A stretch of 64,000 nucleotides of DNA from Amoebophrya sp. A120 (taxonomy: Eukaryota; Protista; Dinoflagellata), in contig CAJINV010000001.1 of NCBI GenBank assembly GCA_905178155.1, forward strand, positions 14,443,379 to 14,507,378. The letters are read 5' to 3'. Shown in pieces: positions 1 through 11,200 of this stretch. The notes under the pieces are model-generated. The model worked only from the letters and a program-made list of their open reading frames with translations. It was not told where the DNA came from and did no database searches. Positions within the stretch are counted from its first letter, which is position 1, and the number at the start of each line of letters is the position of its first letter. The position numbers were made by a program, and so were the translations under genes.

Positions 1-1484
1 CGGCTGGCCCATTCATTGTGAGGGAGGCCGGCGAGCCCCCTCGGCGCCGCGCCCGCTTTCTTGCATCCCGGGCGTTACGCTTTCCTGCCGGGCGGCCAGC
101 CGCCTTCCGCCTTGGAACAAGGCCAGCGGGCTGCACCTGGGAAAGGCGAAACACGGAAGCCATCGAAACGATGGCGGGCCCACGCCCAACGCAAAATCGG
201 TGCCCCAGGAAGCAGGAACACACAATGCGCGCATGCTCTTCCCGCGGACTCTCCTAACCAAGAGTGGGAGCGCGCGGTCGGGCCGTCCCGATGCCCAGGC
301 CGGTGGCCCAAGAAATCCGGCGCCACTTTCGCACGCCCCTTCCCAAGACGGCGCCCCCCACCCTCCACCGCCTCTCTCCAACGCCACAAGAAACACAACA
401 GAGCCTCGGGTGGGTTGCCAGAAATCGAGCAGCGCGCGGCGGTTTCTGCTATCGAACAAACAGACATGGTCCCTCCACAAGACCTCCAGGCGCGCCCGCG
501 AGTAGCTTCACTATGTTTACGAGCGCTGACTAAATTTCATCGAGTTCAATGCTTTAAAGGCCGAAATCGATCAAATTTAGCCAGCACTTTTGTGGCTAAA
601 GCCAGCGCGCGCGCTGGCTAAAGCCATCAGCCGGGGGGGTTAATTTTTGGCACTATGTACCTCCTTATGCGCTAGCAGAAGGAATTTTTAAGATTGCGAT
701 TGCAATCTGTAGTCGTCGGCGGCCGCCAGGATCTTCACACATAAAAACTGATCTTGCAGCTTCGCTTTTATTTGGGGGTGGAGATCATTCGGTAATGCAC
801 TGCTCGAGTGTGTGAACTATCTAAGTACTAAGTGAAAAGGACCAAATTTCAACATTCACTAATGGATTCAGAGCCCCCTTTATTCGATTTTGTGTTCCTC
901 TGAGCAGGAGCAGCGCGTGCATTCTTCCGTCAAGATGCACAAGCCTCCTGACATGAATCATGATCATGATCATCCTCATGATTAATTTGAATTTCCATAT
1001 CAAGAATGCCTCGGCCGTTGGTTCTGGTATCGATGCTAGCTTAAGAGATCTCGATTGAAAATGAAACGGACTCCAGAATCATCCTCATCGTGGGGGACCA
1101 AACGTCAATAGATGGATCAACTGCTAACTCGCACGACGATTTCAAGCGACAAACGAAGGCTCAAGTTCACCTTCGCCGGAGCCCTCCGTACACGGACGAC
1201 TGGAATTGAAGGCGTCACTACATCCCACATGCGTGGAGACACCATGTTTGCGTGTTCTTGTAACTACCGCAAATGCAAGGCTACCGCTTTGTGTTTTTTG
1301 TTCAGAGGTGGGAAAAAACAACTGTATGTTCGAAAAGAAAATGAAACTGTACTCCTAGGATTGCGCGAACGCCGAATCTGGACAGTCGTCAATATCGGTA
1401 AGACCCAGCGCATCCATGCAAAAGCTCGGAGTCCGTCAACTCAAGCAGGCCGACGCGGTACAGCACAGAGGAACTGGATATTTA

Positions 1485-3890
1485 TCACGACAAAAAAAAA
1501 ACTACGCACATGCATACAAAATAGGCACTGCAAGTGCAAGACGTGAGCTGACTCCGAACTTCAGCAGGCAAAGGATAAACGTCGAGCCCGGCGCTAGTAA
1601 CCTGCATCCAGGGGAAGGCCCAGACGTTGGGGAGCCCGTAGTGCGCCACCCCCGGAAAAACCTCGGACCCGTCTTTGCGCTGCCAGCGAAAGGGCGGCTG
1701 GCCGGCGGTGGTCGGCCCGGACTTGGCCTGCACGCTCATGACGCGTGCGAGGCAGTGGTTGACCAGCTTCGCGTCGATGGCGCCGTTGGGAATAGGGTTT
1801 TGCCTTGCCAGATCCATCCGTGCGGCCACGTCGTGACCGGGCGACGTGGGTCCCGGCCAGGCACCCCACTTGTTCTCCACTAGAAGTCCCCGCATGTCGA
1901 GCAGTGACCCGGGTGCCGCGGCCGTCAGAATCTTCATCCGCGGCGCATTTGTCGCCGAATACAGGTCCCCGTGCGACTTTTCCGCTGCGGCAAAGCCCGT
2001 TTTTTCCCGCATCTGCGCGAACACCGGGCGGTTGACCGAGCCGATGAACTTCTTCTCGGACAGGGTCGCCGACACGTCATGCGCCTCGGTTGCACCGGGG
2101 ACCGTTTCGACCATCCACAGTGTGCCCGGCGCCAGCGGCGACTGGCCCGGGCTGTACTGCTGGTAGCTCACGACCAGCCACTGCGCATTTCGCGTGCCGG
2201 CGTTCCGCGTCTGGTAGCGACTCGCCCAGTCGGCGCCCGTGCGCGCCAGTCGGTTCACGGCCATCAGGTGCATGAAGCCCGGCACGGTGGGCTTGTCGTC
2301 CACCTTGTCGTACAGCGTGGAGTCGAGGACCTCCAAACTCGTGTCCATAATCACCAACCCCGTATCTGTCAAATAGTGATCGTCCCCGGAGGAAATCAAG
2401 CCGGGGTAGGAGCTCATGGCGATCTTCCTCGCGGAGGTGTCGCCCCCGGGCAGCGCGAAATCGTAGTACTTGTACACGCGAAGCATCTGCGCGTAGTCTC
2501 CCCAGGTGGCGTGTCCGACCAGCATATCTGTGTCCGTAATCCGCACGTACGCCGTGCAGTGCCCGTCCTCGGCCAGGCGACGCTCCCAGTGCGCATCGTC
2601 CAGGAGGTCCTCCCGCTGTCCTTCTTGTTGAACCACGGGTGCAACTTTTTCAGTAGCTTTATTTCCAGGCTGTACTTCCATTTCTTGATGAGGTTCTTTA
2701 TTTCCTACCGAGGATTGTGCCCCTGTTCGTGTTCTTTGTTTGGCTTGTTCCTTCTTTTCCTTTTGCAGAAACACGAGCGCTCCAGCCCCGATGGCCTCCG
2801 TGCGGTCCAGGATGGCGCGCGGGCTGTAGGCTTTCATCATTTGCTGCAGCTCCGCTAACGAATTCAGCAAGAGTAGGTCCACCATGTTTAATTTGTGGAT
2901 GTAGTAGTGCGTGGCCATGTGGTTGTAGCCGTCCAGCATGCCCCACAGCTGGAACAGCATGTAGCGGATTTGCCGGCTATAGGCGTCCGGCGGCTCCTCG
3001 GGCAGCACGTGGTCTTCGAACACGCTCTGCTCCCGCACCGCGGCAATTTCATTCTGCAGCACTGTTTTGATGTTCAACAGCGCGTGGTTGGCTTTCTCTG
3101 ACTCGAGGAGCAGCTTGTGGTGGTTCGCGTAGAATTCGGAGATCCGCACGGACGTGAGCAGTCCCTCGATGTAGCCGGCACTGTACATCTTCACGTCCTC
3201 ATCCACGCCGGGCATGTCCGCGTTGGTGGAGACGTTAAAGTGCGCCCAGCCCTGGTACTCGATGCTGTCAGTGAAAGTCGCTTCCGCAATACCGCGACCG
3301 CCCCGCCCCGACACGTCCAACCGGAGCGAGGCCTCATCGGCGTCCCAAACCATCAACAGGGAGCTCGGGAGCTGCTCCACATCAAAGTTTAGCTTGATCG
3401 GAAAAAGGCTGCTGGTGGTGCGTGTTTTCGTCTCAGCTTTCAGCTGCACTCCAGCGCGCTGGGCCTTCTGCAGAAAGGATGCTTGCTGTCTGGTGGTTTC
3501 TTTCCCTTGGCGGTTGAAATCCTTGATGTTGTCGCTTTCTGCCTTATTTTCGGTCGTCGTGGTGCCGGTTCGCGTACGGTCATAATTGGGACTTTTGTCC
3601 TTCCATGCAAACCGGAACTTCTGCGTTTTGGGGTCCTTAGCGATGTGGTTGTAAGGCATTGCCCACGGATCCTTGGCACTCTTGTTCTCCGCCGCACCTT
3701 TCTCAGCTTCAGCAGCGTCCGGGCGCCGGAGCCTGCCGTGGTGCTGGCCATGTGGTCGACCCGGTACGCCTACGGGGGAAACGAAGTCAGCAACTACGAA
3801 ACCAGGGCGGGCGACGAAAAAATACCAGCATGTGGCCACAGCCGTGCCGGCACGGCAGAAACGATCGAGCGGGCTCCTGCTCGACATCAT
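1485..3890 (-). CDS. Phospholipase B-like (PLBD1/PLBD2 family, Ntn-hydrolase), apparently intronless, ~801 aa
   Basis: Family motifs: GWAHFNVST, YSAGYIEGLLT, the autocleavage/nucleophile site DGHCTAYVRIT...GHATWGDY..MLRVYKYY, SSYPGLISSGDD, NAGTRNAQW, N.P.F, ARMDL...GAIDAKL and SGPT...PPFRW. Hydrophobic N-terminal segment. Confidence 0.9.
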   Translation of the reverse strand: MMSSRSPLDRFCRAGTAVATCWYFFVARPGFVVADFVSPVGVPGRPHGQHHGRLRRPDAAEAEKGAAENKSAKDPWAMPYNHIAKDPKTQKFRFAWKDKSPNYDRTRTGTTTTENKAESDNIKDFNRQGKETTRQQASFLQKAQRAGVQLKAETKTRTTSSLFPIKLNFDVEQLPSSLLMVWDADEASLRLDVSGRGGRGIAEATFTDSIEYQGWAHFNVSTNADMPGVDEDVKMYSAGYIEGLLTSVRISEFYANHHKLLLESEKANHALLNIKTVLQNEIAAVREQSVFEDHVLPEEPPDAYSRQIRYMLFQLWGMLDGYNHMATHYYIHKLNMVDLLLLNSLAELQQMMKAYSPRAILDRTEAIGAGALVFLQKEKKEQAKQRTRTGAQSSVGNKEPHQEMEVQPGNKATEKVAPVVQQEGQREDLLDDAHWERRLAEDGHCTAYVRITDTDMLVGHATWGDYAQMLRVYKYYDFALPGGDTSARKIAMSSYPGLISSGDDHYLTDTGLVIMDTSLEVLDSTLYDKVDDKPTVPGFMHLMAVNRLARTGADWASRYQTRNAGTRNAQWLVVSYQQYSPGQSPLAPGTLWMVETVPGATEAHDVSATLSEKKFIGSVNRPVFAQMREKTGFAAAEKSHGDLYSATNAPRMKILTAAAPGSLLDMRGLLVENKWGAWPGPTSPGHDVAARMDLARQNPIPNGAIDAKLVNHCLARVMSVQAKSGPTTAGQPPFRWQRKDGSEVFPGVAHYGLPNVWAFPWMQVTSAGLDVYPLPAEVRSQLTSCTCSAYFVCMCVVFFLS

Positions 3891-5228
3891 TATTCTCCCC
3901 AGTCAATGAAGTCGCTCGGTCGCCGCTCAGCTCTGCATACTCAGGCGCATCGCGGCCATCGCGTCTTGTGGACGCCCGCCAGTAGCGCCAGAGGCACCCG
4001 GCCGTAGACGAGCATGCTATTTGGGCCTCTCTTTTTCCTATTTTTTTAACTAAGCAAAAGATTGATTTCTCTCGAGCTCTACTTCGCTTATCTTCTTACC
4101 GCACTCAACATCAAGCGCTCACTCTTGTATTCTCTTTTTCCTTTTCCTGCATAGCACTTGCGCAGCGACAAGCCAGCAGAACAAGATCAAGAGGCCCATA
4201 AAAGGACCGACGGTTGTTTATGTTTTTGTGCACGCCCGTCACCGCATCAGAACCCTGCGCATCACCGCCGAAAAAGCGGCCCGCTTTCTCGTCGGTGATG
4301 CGCTGCAACACGAACCCAAGCTGTAGTGCTACCAAAACCGCCTGTGGTCCGATACATTGTAACTGCTGTGTCTGACGCTACTAACTTAGCTGATTTTTGT
4401 ACCATCGAGTTCTTCCTCTTCTTCATAAAAGCACTCGCAGCACGAGGCACAAGCACACGCCAACATATACAACTTGGCACTGTGCGTTTCAGTGTGTTTC
4501 ATCGTAGACCGGATGCATATGCAATTTCTTTCGTACAATACAAGTTCAGGAGTTCGTTGAGGATGGTACCAGTGAGTCCGGGTTTAATTTTCGTTTTCAT
4601 ACCTTTTTTAGAAGATAAATTCGAGTTCATCGCCGGGCCATTTGCTCCGAAACGGAGGTAGCCGGAGCACTGTTGTGAAATATCTATCGGCATCTCTTCT
4701 ACGTGGTTATCGCTATCTTCCGAAGAAGCAGATGATTGTAACAGTAACAATTGGGCAAAAGATAAAAATTCCGTTTGAGTTGATTCATATCAGTTTCAGT
4801 TGCGTTTATTTGTGAAAGGAGAAAATTGACAAATTGAAGTTGTTTGATTTCGAGGCACTTGACAAATTGAAGGTTGTTTATGCATGGAGGGTCCAGCTGA
4901 TCCTGGCCGATGCATGTGAGAGCTGACTCTCTCAGTTTTACCTTGTACGCGAATAGAGGTTTATAACAAAAGTCAATTACTATCGACGAGGATGACGTAA
5001 AAATCGCATCAGCTGCGTCATCTTCGCCGTTCGGAATCCGTATGCATTTTGAGTTTTCCTTTTCTTTCCGCTAACCCTTTATTGTCATTTTTGGTTTAGT
5101 TCATTCGAAACTACTTACTAGTGAAGTTTAAGTTTTTCAATCATACATAGTCGCAGGACCTGTAGGTGTTGTAACCACGTAGTGGACGTTGATCTTCTTC
5201 TTCATTTGCTCAAAGAACAGCATATGAA

Positions 5229-8200
5229 TCACTCCTCTGCATCCTCCACGTGGTGATGATGGTAATGCGAGTAGTGTTCAAACTCTTCCACGTCCTGCGG
5301 CGACAGACGCTGGGAGGAGTTCTGACTGCCGTACCCGCGGAGGATTTGCGAGTTGCCTCGCTCGTGCGGCAGCGGCAGCGGCACAAAGTGCTTGTCGCGG
5401 AGGTACCGTGGCCTCCTCGTGTCGGCGTAGGAGTCGATTGCGGTGCTGATGTTGTGACAGAACTGCCGCAGCCCCGTGCGCTTTCCGAGTTTCTGCAAGC
5501 CCTTCGGAGACAACGGGCCCGGGGGCTTCGTAATGGTTTCGTCGGTAGAAACGGGCGGGATCACCAGCTCCACCGGCGGCGGGACGCCCCCCTCTTCCAC
5601 GAAGTTCTGGGCGTTGACTCCGTGCGGAACGTGGTAGTGTACGTGTTGCTGGATTTCCTTATCCGGTTGGTTTGCCGGATCTTTCCTGCTCCTGCTGCTC
5701 ATTGATGTTGCTGCACCACCAGCATGTATTACATTTTCCTCCTCTGTAGTCGAAGGCACCAGATAACTACCCGCGTCGTTTTCCGTTTCCGTCCCGGACA
5801 CGGTCGGCGCCTCGTTTTGCAGCGCGCCCTCCGTGAGCCTGCTTCCTCCGTCGACCGGCATGTTGGCCGTTTGGGCGAGGGGCGAGGCGTTCTCGGCACC
5901 TTTTCGCATCACCGAGGACTCGGACTCGCGCTCCACGTGGACCCGCGCCGCGTGCGAGAGCTCCTCCTCCCCGTCTTCCGTGACGTGGTGGTAGTGAATG
6001 TGGTGGTGCACATGACGGTGCACCTCCCCGGTGTGTGGGTCGCGCTGGTGCGCGGAGTCGTGCTCGGACAGCCGCGCCCCCTCGATCTGCTTCACCAGCT
6101 GAAATTTCTTCTTCTCCGCTGCCTGGAGCCGTCTCTCGCGCTCTTCCGCCCGCTCCATGTCGAGCTTGTCGAGCTTTGCCTGCCGCTCCTCCTTTTTCCG
6201 TATCACCAGTTCTATCGTCTCCTGCTCTTTTCGCTTCTTCTTCTTCGCCATTTCCTCCTTTTCCGCCAGCCACTTCGTGAGCGTCTCCACGCGCTTCGCC
6301 TCCCGTTCGTGCAGCTCCGAGTTGACGCCAACCATCTGCTGATGAAACCGCTCGCGCTCGTCTTCCTGTCGCTCGCGCTGCCGTGCGTCGAAGTCGCGCT
6401 TCTTCTTCGCGAGAAAAACGACTTTCCGCTTCCGCTCCTCCTTCAGGTCGTACAGGATCGACTGCTTCTATGGAAGTGTCAGGATTGAAATCGACAAATT
6501 TCTCACGCAGGAACTGCAAGGCATGAAGTGCCTCTCTTGCAGGAATGGCAAGGGAGGCCGACTGTTAGCCTGTTTGGGGTCTGTGAAGATAGAGCTGCTA
6601 AAGTAGCATGACAAGAGACGCCTTCTGTCCCTAAACAGCATGACAAACTGGATTTAGTAGACAGTGCCGAAAGTTCTCGTGCACCGCTTAGAAATTGGGC
6701 TTCCAACTGGTATCGATTTTATGCATTACAAGTTATTTCAACTTGTTTGTCGATTTCAATTCTGACACTCCCATAGCTTCTCCCGCTCGGACAGGTCCTT
6801 GTACTGCCGCCGGTTGCGGTATGGAAGCGTCAGGACAGAATCGTTAAAGTTGAAATAATTTCTCATGCAGGAACTGCAAGGCACGCAGTGCCTCTCTTGC
6901 AGGGATTGCAAGTGAGGCCGACAGTCAGCCTGTTTGGGGTCTGCGAGAGAGCTGCTAAAGTAGCATGACAAAAGACGCCTTCTGTCCCTCAACAGCATGA
7001 CAAACTGGATTTAAACGGTCCCGAAATTTGTCATGCAACGCTTAGAAATTGGGCTTCTAACTGCAACTGGTATCAATTTTATGCATTACAAATCCTTTCA
7101 ACTTTGTCGATTTCAATCCTGACACATCCATATGCGGTAGAACCGGCCCTCCCGAAACTCGCCGGCGTAGCTCTTGCGGTCCGCAACTTTCCCGGTCACG
7201 CTGTGTTCCACCTGCAGTGATGAAGACGTGCGCCATATTTATAACATCCTCTACTTCAAGCTCGCCAGGGTCTAAAAATTTAAGCGCGCCGTCATCCGCG
7301 CAGGCCCAGGTTTACACGCAAGATACTAGAACTTGAACTACTACAGTAGTACTAGTAGTACTAGTACATGTAGAAAATAAAAAGCTACCTGGCTAGCGAA
7401 GTTGTAATCAAATCAAGCAATACTGTAAGCTCCGGCCTGAATGGATTTCTCGGGAGAGGGGCTGGAAATTTGCCTTTGCGCCGTCTCTTGGGAGACGAGC
7501 TGGGGCTGCTGCCGCCAACCTCCTCACCTTCGACGGGACCTGCTCCCTCCTCTTTGCTTTCCGTCCGCGCTGCGGCTGCAGGGGAAGCCGCGGTGGACCT
7601 GAAAATGTTTACGCCCACATGACTAAGACAACGGAAGAGGCAAGACCAAGATCAAGATAGATCGACGAAATGATATTTTCCACAAACTTTCTCTAGGCTG
7701 GCTAGACTCACTTCCAATTCCAAACTAGTAGATCAAACAGTAGTTGTGTCTCACCCGCTTCCCGGTCTTCTGGGGTCGAACGCAGCTTGGGAGCTGGTGG
7801 CGGTAGGTATTCGCTCGGGACTCTGGCTTTTTCTTTTCGGCATTCGCGCTTCGAGATCCGTCATGTCGGGCGCGTAATCTCCCGCTTTCTCCTTGAACAG
7901 TATCCACGAAAAAACACCCATCCCCATCCAATTTGTCATGCGAAACATGCATGAAGTGCACTATTTGACGTCATGCAAAAAATGGATGGGGATGGGTGTT
8001 TTTTCCTGGATAAACAGCGTATGCACCGCACTGGGGTCTGGATCGGTGAAGATGAAGGCAGAATTGGTTACTTTTCGTTTTTTCTCCTTCTCTTTCTGTT
8101 GGTCTACCTGCTTTCCGTCGCCTTTTTTTGGCGACTTGATACCGATGGGGGATCCCTGGTGCTCCTTCTTTCCCTTTGTATTTGTGGCGAGTGGCATGCC

Positions 8201-11200
8201 GGACTCTGCTCGCGCCGCGTCCCAGTCCTTTAAGCGGTCCACCTCTTCATGAACCGCGATCGTCTCGAGCTCTATCGTAGTGAGGCGCTCCTTTGATTTC
8301 GATACCGGTGGTGGTGGCGGCGATGCAGCGGAATCTGCTGCAGCTGCAGCTATTGCTGGTGGTGCGTCTTCTGCAACTTTTGCAGGCTCTGGCGCAGCAC
8401 CAGCAACCGTTTCCGTTCCAGCAGACGGCGCTTCTGCTGCTTCTTTCGTCTGTGCTGGTGCCTCTTGTTGTTCTATGGGAAGATCATTTCGCGTTACGTC
8501 AAGCGCTGCGGCGTCTTCTGTCGCTGCTGTGGCTGCACTTGCGCCTCCGGCATCTGGTGGCGCGCCTTCGGGACCTGCTGCGAGATCTCTTTCCGTCTTT
8601 CCACCATCCTCTCCCACTGGTGGTGCCGGTGCGCTAGTGCTTGTCTCCTCTACCGCCTCATGCTTCTCTGCCTCGGCTGGTGGCTCTAAATCGTTAGGCG
8701 CGGCGCTCTCGGGTTCAGCGACAGAAGGCGGCTCAACCTGAAGTTAGTGGATCGATCATGGGAGCTGCCGTACTTTGGGAAAAAATCGAAATCAAACATT
8801 CGGATTCGGTGAGAGGTTGAATCGGAACCAAACCAGCAAAACAAGAGCTGGGAACAAAAGTATGAACAACAAAGCGATGTTACCCGCACCACACGCAACG
8901 AACTTACCTCGCCCTCCTCCATCACCACCTCTGCATCTGTTTGTTGAAAGTGTTTTTCCGCGGCCGGTCCGCGTAGAAAGTGGCCGGACGGCGACACCGG
9001 CGGTCGGGGACTCTCTGCCAGGGGCAGCCTTGGTTGGTGTCGCTTCATCGCGGTTTTGCTTGGTTTCAAGAGATTTCGGTCCTGCAGGTACTGGTCCTAT
9101 CCACAGTAAATTTTCCGTACACGTGGTACAGGTACACATGCGGTTTCTGCATGACAAAACTTGGCTTCGATCCTAGTTTAGCATAACAATTTTTACGCTT
9201 CAAATTGGTGAAATTTGTGATGCATCTTGTACATGTGCGGGAAATTTGTATTGCATAGGTCCACACAGAGCGCAACTTCCAGCTCCATCTCCTCCAACGC
9301 GAGCGACAAGTCCTCCACGTCGCCGTACCGCTCAAACTATGCATTGCAAAACCAAAAGTATCGTACTAGTATACTTAAAATGCATATACAAATTTTCCCA
9401 AGAAAAAAAAGCAATTTGTCATGCTATTTCAGGTAGATGAACATGAGAGTTGGATTTGTCATGCATATCTGCACCTAGTACGAGTACGAAACAACTTTTG
9501 CACAGGATACAAAGTACCGGTACTCGTCGAAGTGCCGGGAGGGGTAGAAATTCACCTGCACCATGACGGAATCCGGGCCGGTCTGCTGGTACTCGAAAAA
9601 CCCCCGCAGCGGCCAGCACGACTCCTCGATCAGGTCCTCCACGAGTTTGCGCCCCAAGTACCCCCGCCAGTGCCTCTGGATGGTGGTGGCGTTCTGCCGC
9701 AGCCACTGGTTCGCGAGTTCGACCTTCAGGTACTGGGTCGCCCACACCTGCTTCATCTTCTGCTGCACGAGCAGCAGTGCCTGGTGCGCCTTGCTGCCCT
9801 CGCGACTGAAACGAAGGAAAAGTTGCTCGCGTTCGATCTGAGATTTGTTTGTGAACCAACAGCAACAGGATAGATAGATCATGCCTGCTTACAGTGGGGG
9901 CTTAAGTCTTTCCTTCCTCGCGGATCTCTTGCTCATGGAGTGTGAAGTAGCGAAAGTCAGTATTGCGCTGCAGAAACAGCGGAGCGTTGGCGGAAGAAGT
10001 AGTGGTCTATCAATTGAAAAAATGATTTCTTCATGTTTATTGAGCATCAGTACGTCTCTGCTTCGCACGAGGAACCCTCTTGCTCTAGCCTGAATCGTTA
10101 CGGAAGCCTCGGCGCGGGCGTCGACCAAACCGAGAGCGTCCCGGAGAGCCTCCATTACCGGGGCGCGACCTACCATCATCCTACGCAGCTTGGCGATCCG
10201 GACTAGGGAACCTCGGAGTACGCGCTGGATGTCTACGATGCACTTCAACATGTAAGCCTGCTGCGCAGGTTCGCTATTGAAAAGCTCGTAAACGCCGTTC
10301 CTGTTTGTCGTGTTTCGGAATTCACAAAATGTAGTTTCCTCGGTAGTAGTACTCGTCGTGTTCTACATCAACACCACGACGTCGAACATTTTCACACAAA
10401 GACAAAACCGCAACCAAAACAGCCAAGCTCAAAAACAAGTCGTATCTGCCTGCTTGTGCGTATATATCAAATACGGCTTTTTGAGGATTTTTCCGGCCTT
10501 CACCGGTGCCATCTGGAGTCTGAAACGCCACGGGACAAAAGAGTCTTCTTGCAGAATGAAGTTGCACAAGACTGGGCGCTCTGCAATGGCGAGCATCTGA
10601 ATCTTTTTCGCCGCCAAGAACCTGTCAAATTCGTTTTGTGTCAAGAATCAGGAGGATGAGGAAAGGATGCGAGGGGGTTTTCTTTGATGCTGAAAGAAAC
10701 TGCAGTAAAAAGGGTCGCAACATCATGATTTTCTACTGTGTTGTAGTCTCAAAGAGACGAATTTCGGCCAAAACCTCCGGCGATCATGTAATTTAAGTCT
10801 GAAGATATCAACAGAGTATACCAGAAGAGTTTATAGAATCCCGGGTCCCAGGGTAGGGAGGACCAGGGAGGAGATTTTGCTATATAAAACCCAAAACCGA
10901 AAACCGAAAAATCATAAAAACCCCAATCGCGGCGGTATGGTGCTCTTTAACAATTTGCGCGAGTTTTCCATGCGGAATATACTCAATCCCCATGGTAGTG
11001 CGATGTCGGGAATGCGGCGACAAAAGACAAAGCTATAAGGCGACGCGATGGCAAAGGCAAAGCTACCCTACAAACGGACCGCGCAAAGCTTTTCAAAAAT
11101 ATTTCAACAATAAATTTCCAGCACATACACAAAATTTGCCCCTGATCCACATCCAACCGCCCCGGGCTTTGGACTGTTTTCTCCCCCGCGGGTTAGGCAC

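Noticed and set aside
4111-4750. Small minus-strand gene
   Set aside because: Short ORFs in different frames with no supportable splice junctions or motifs.
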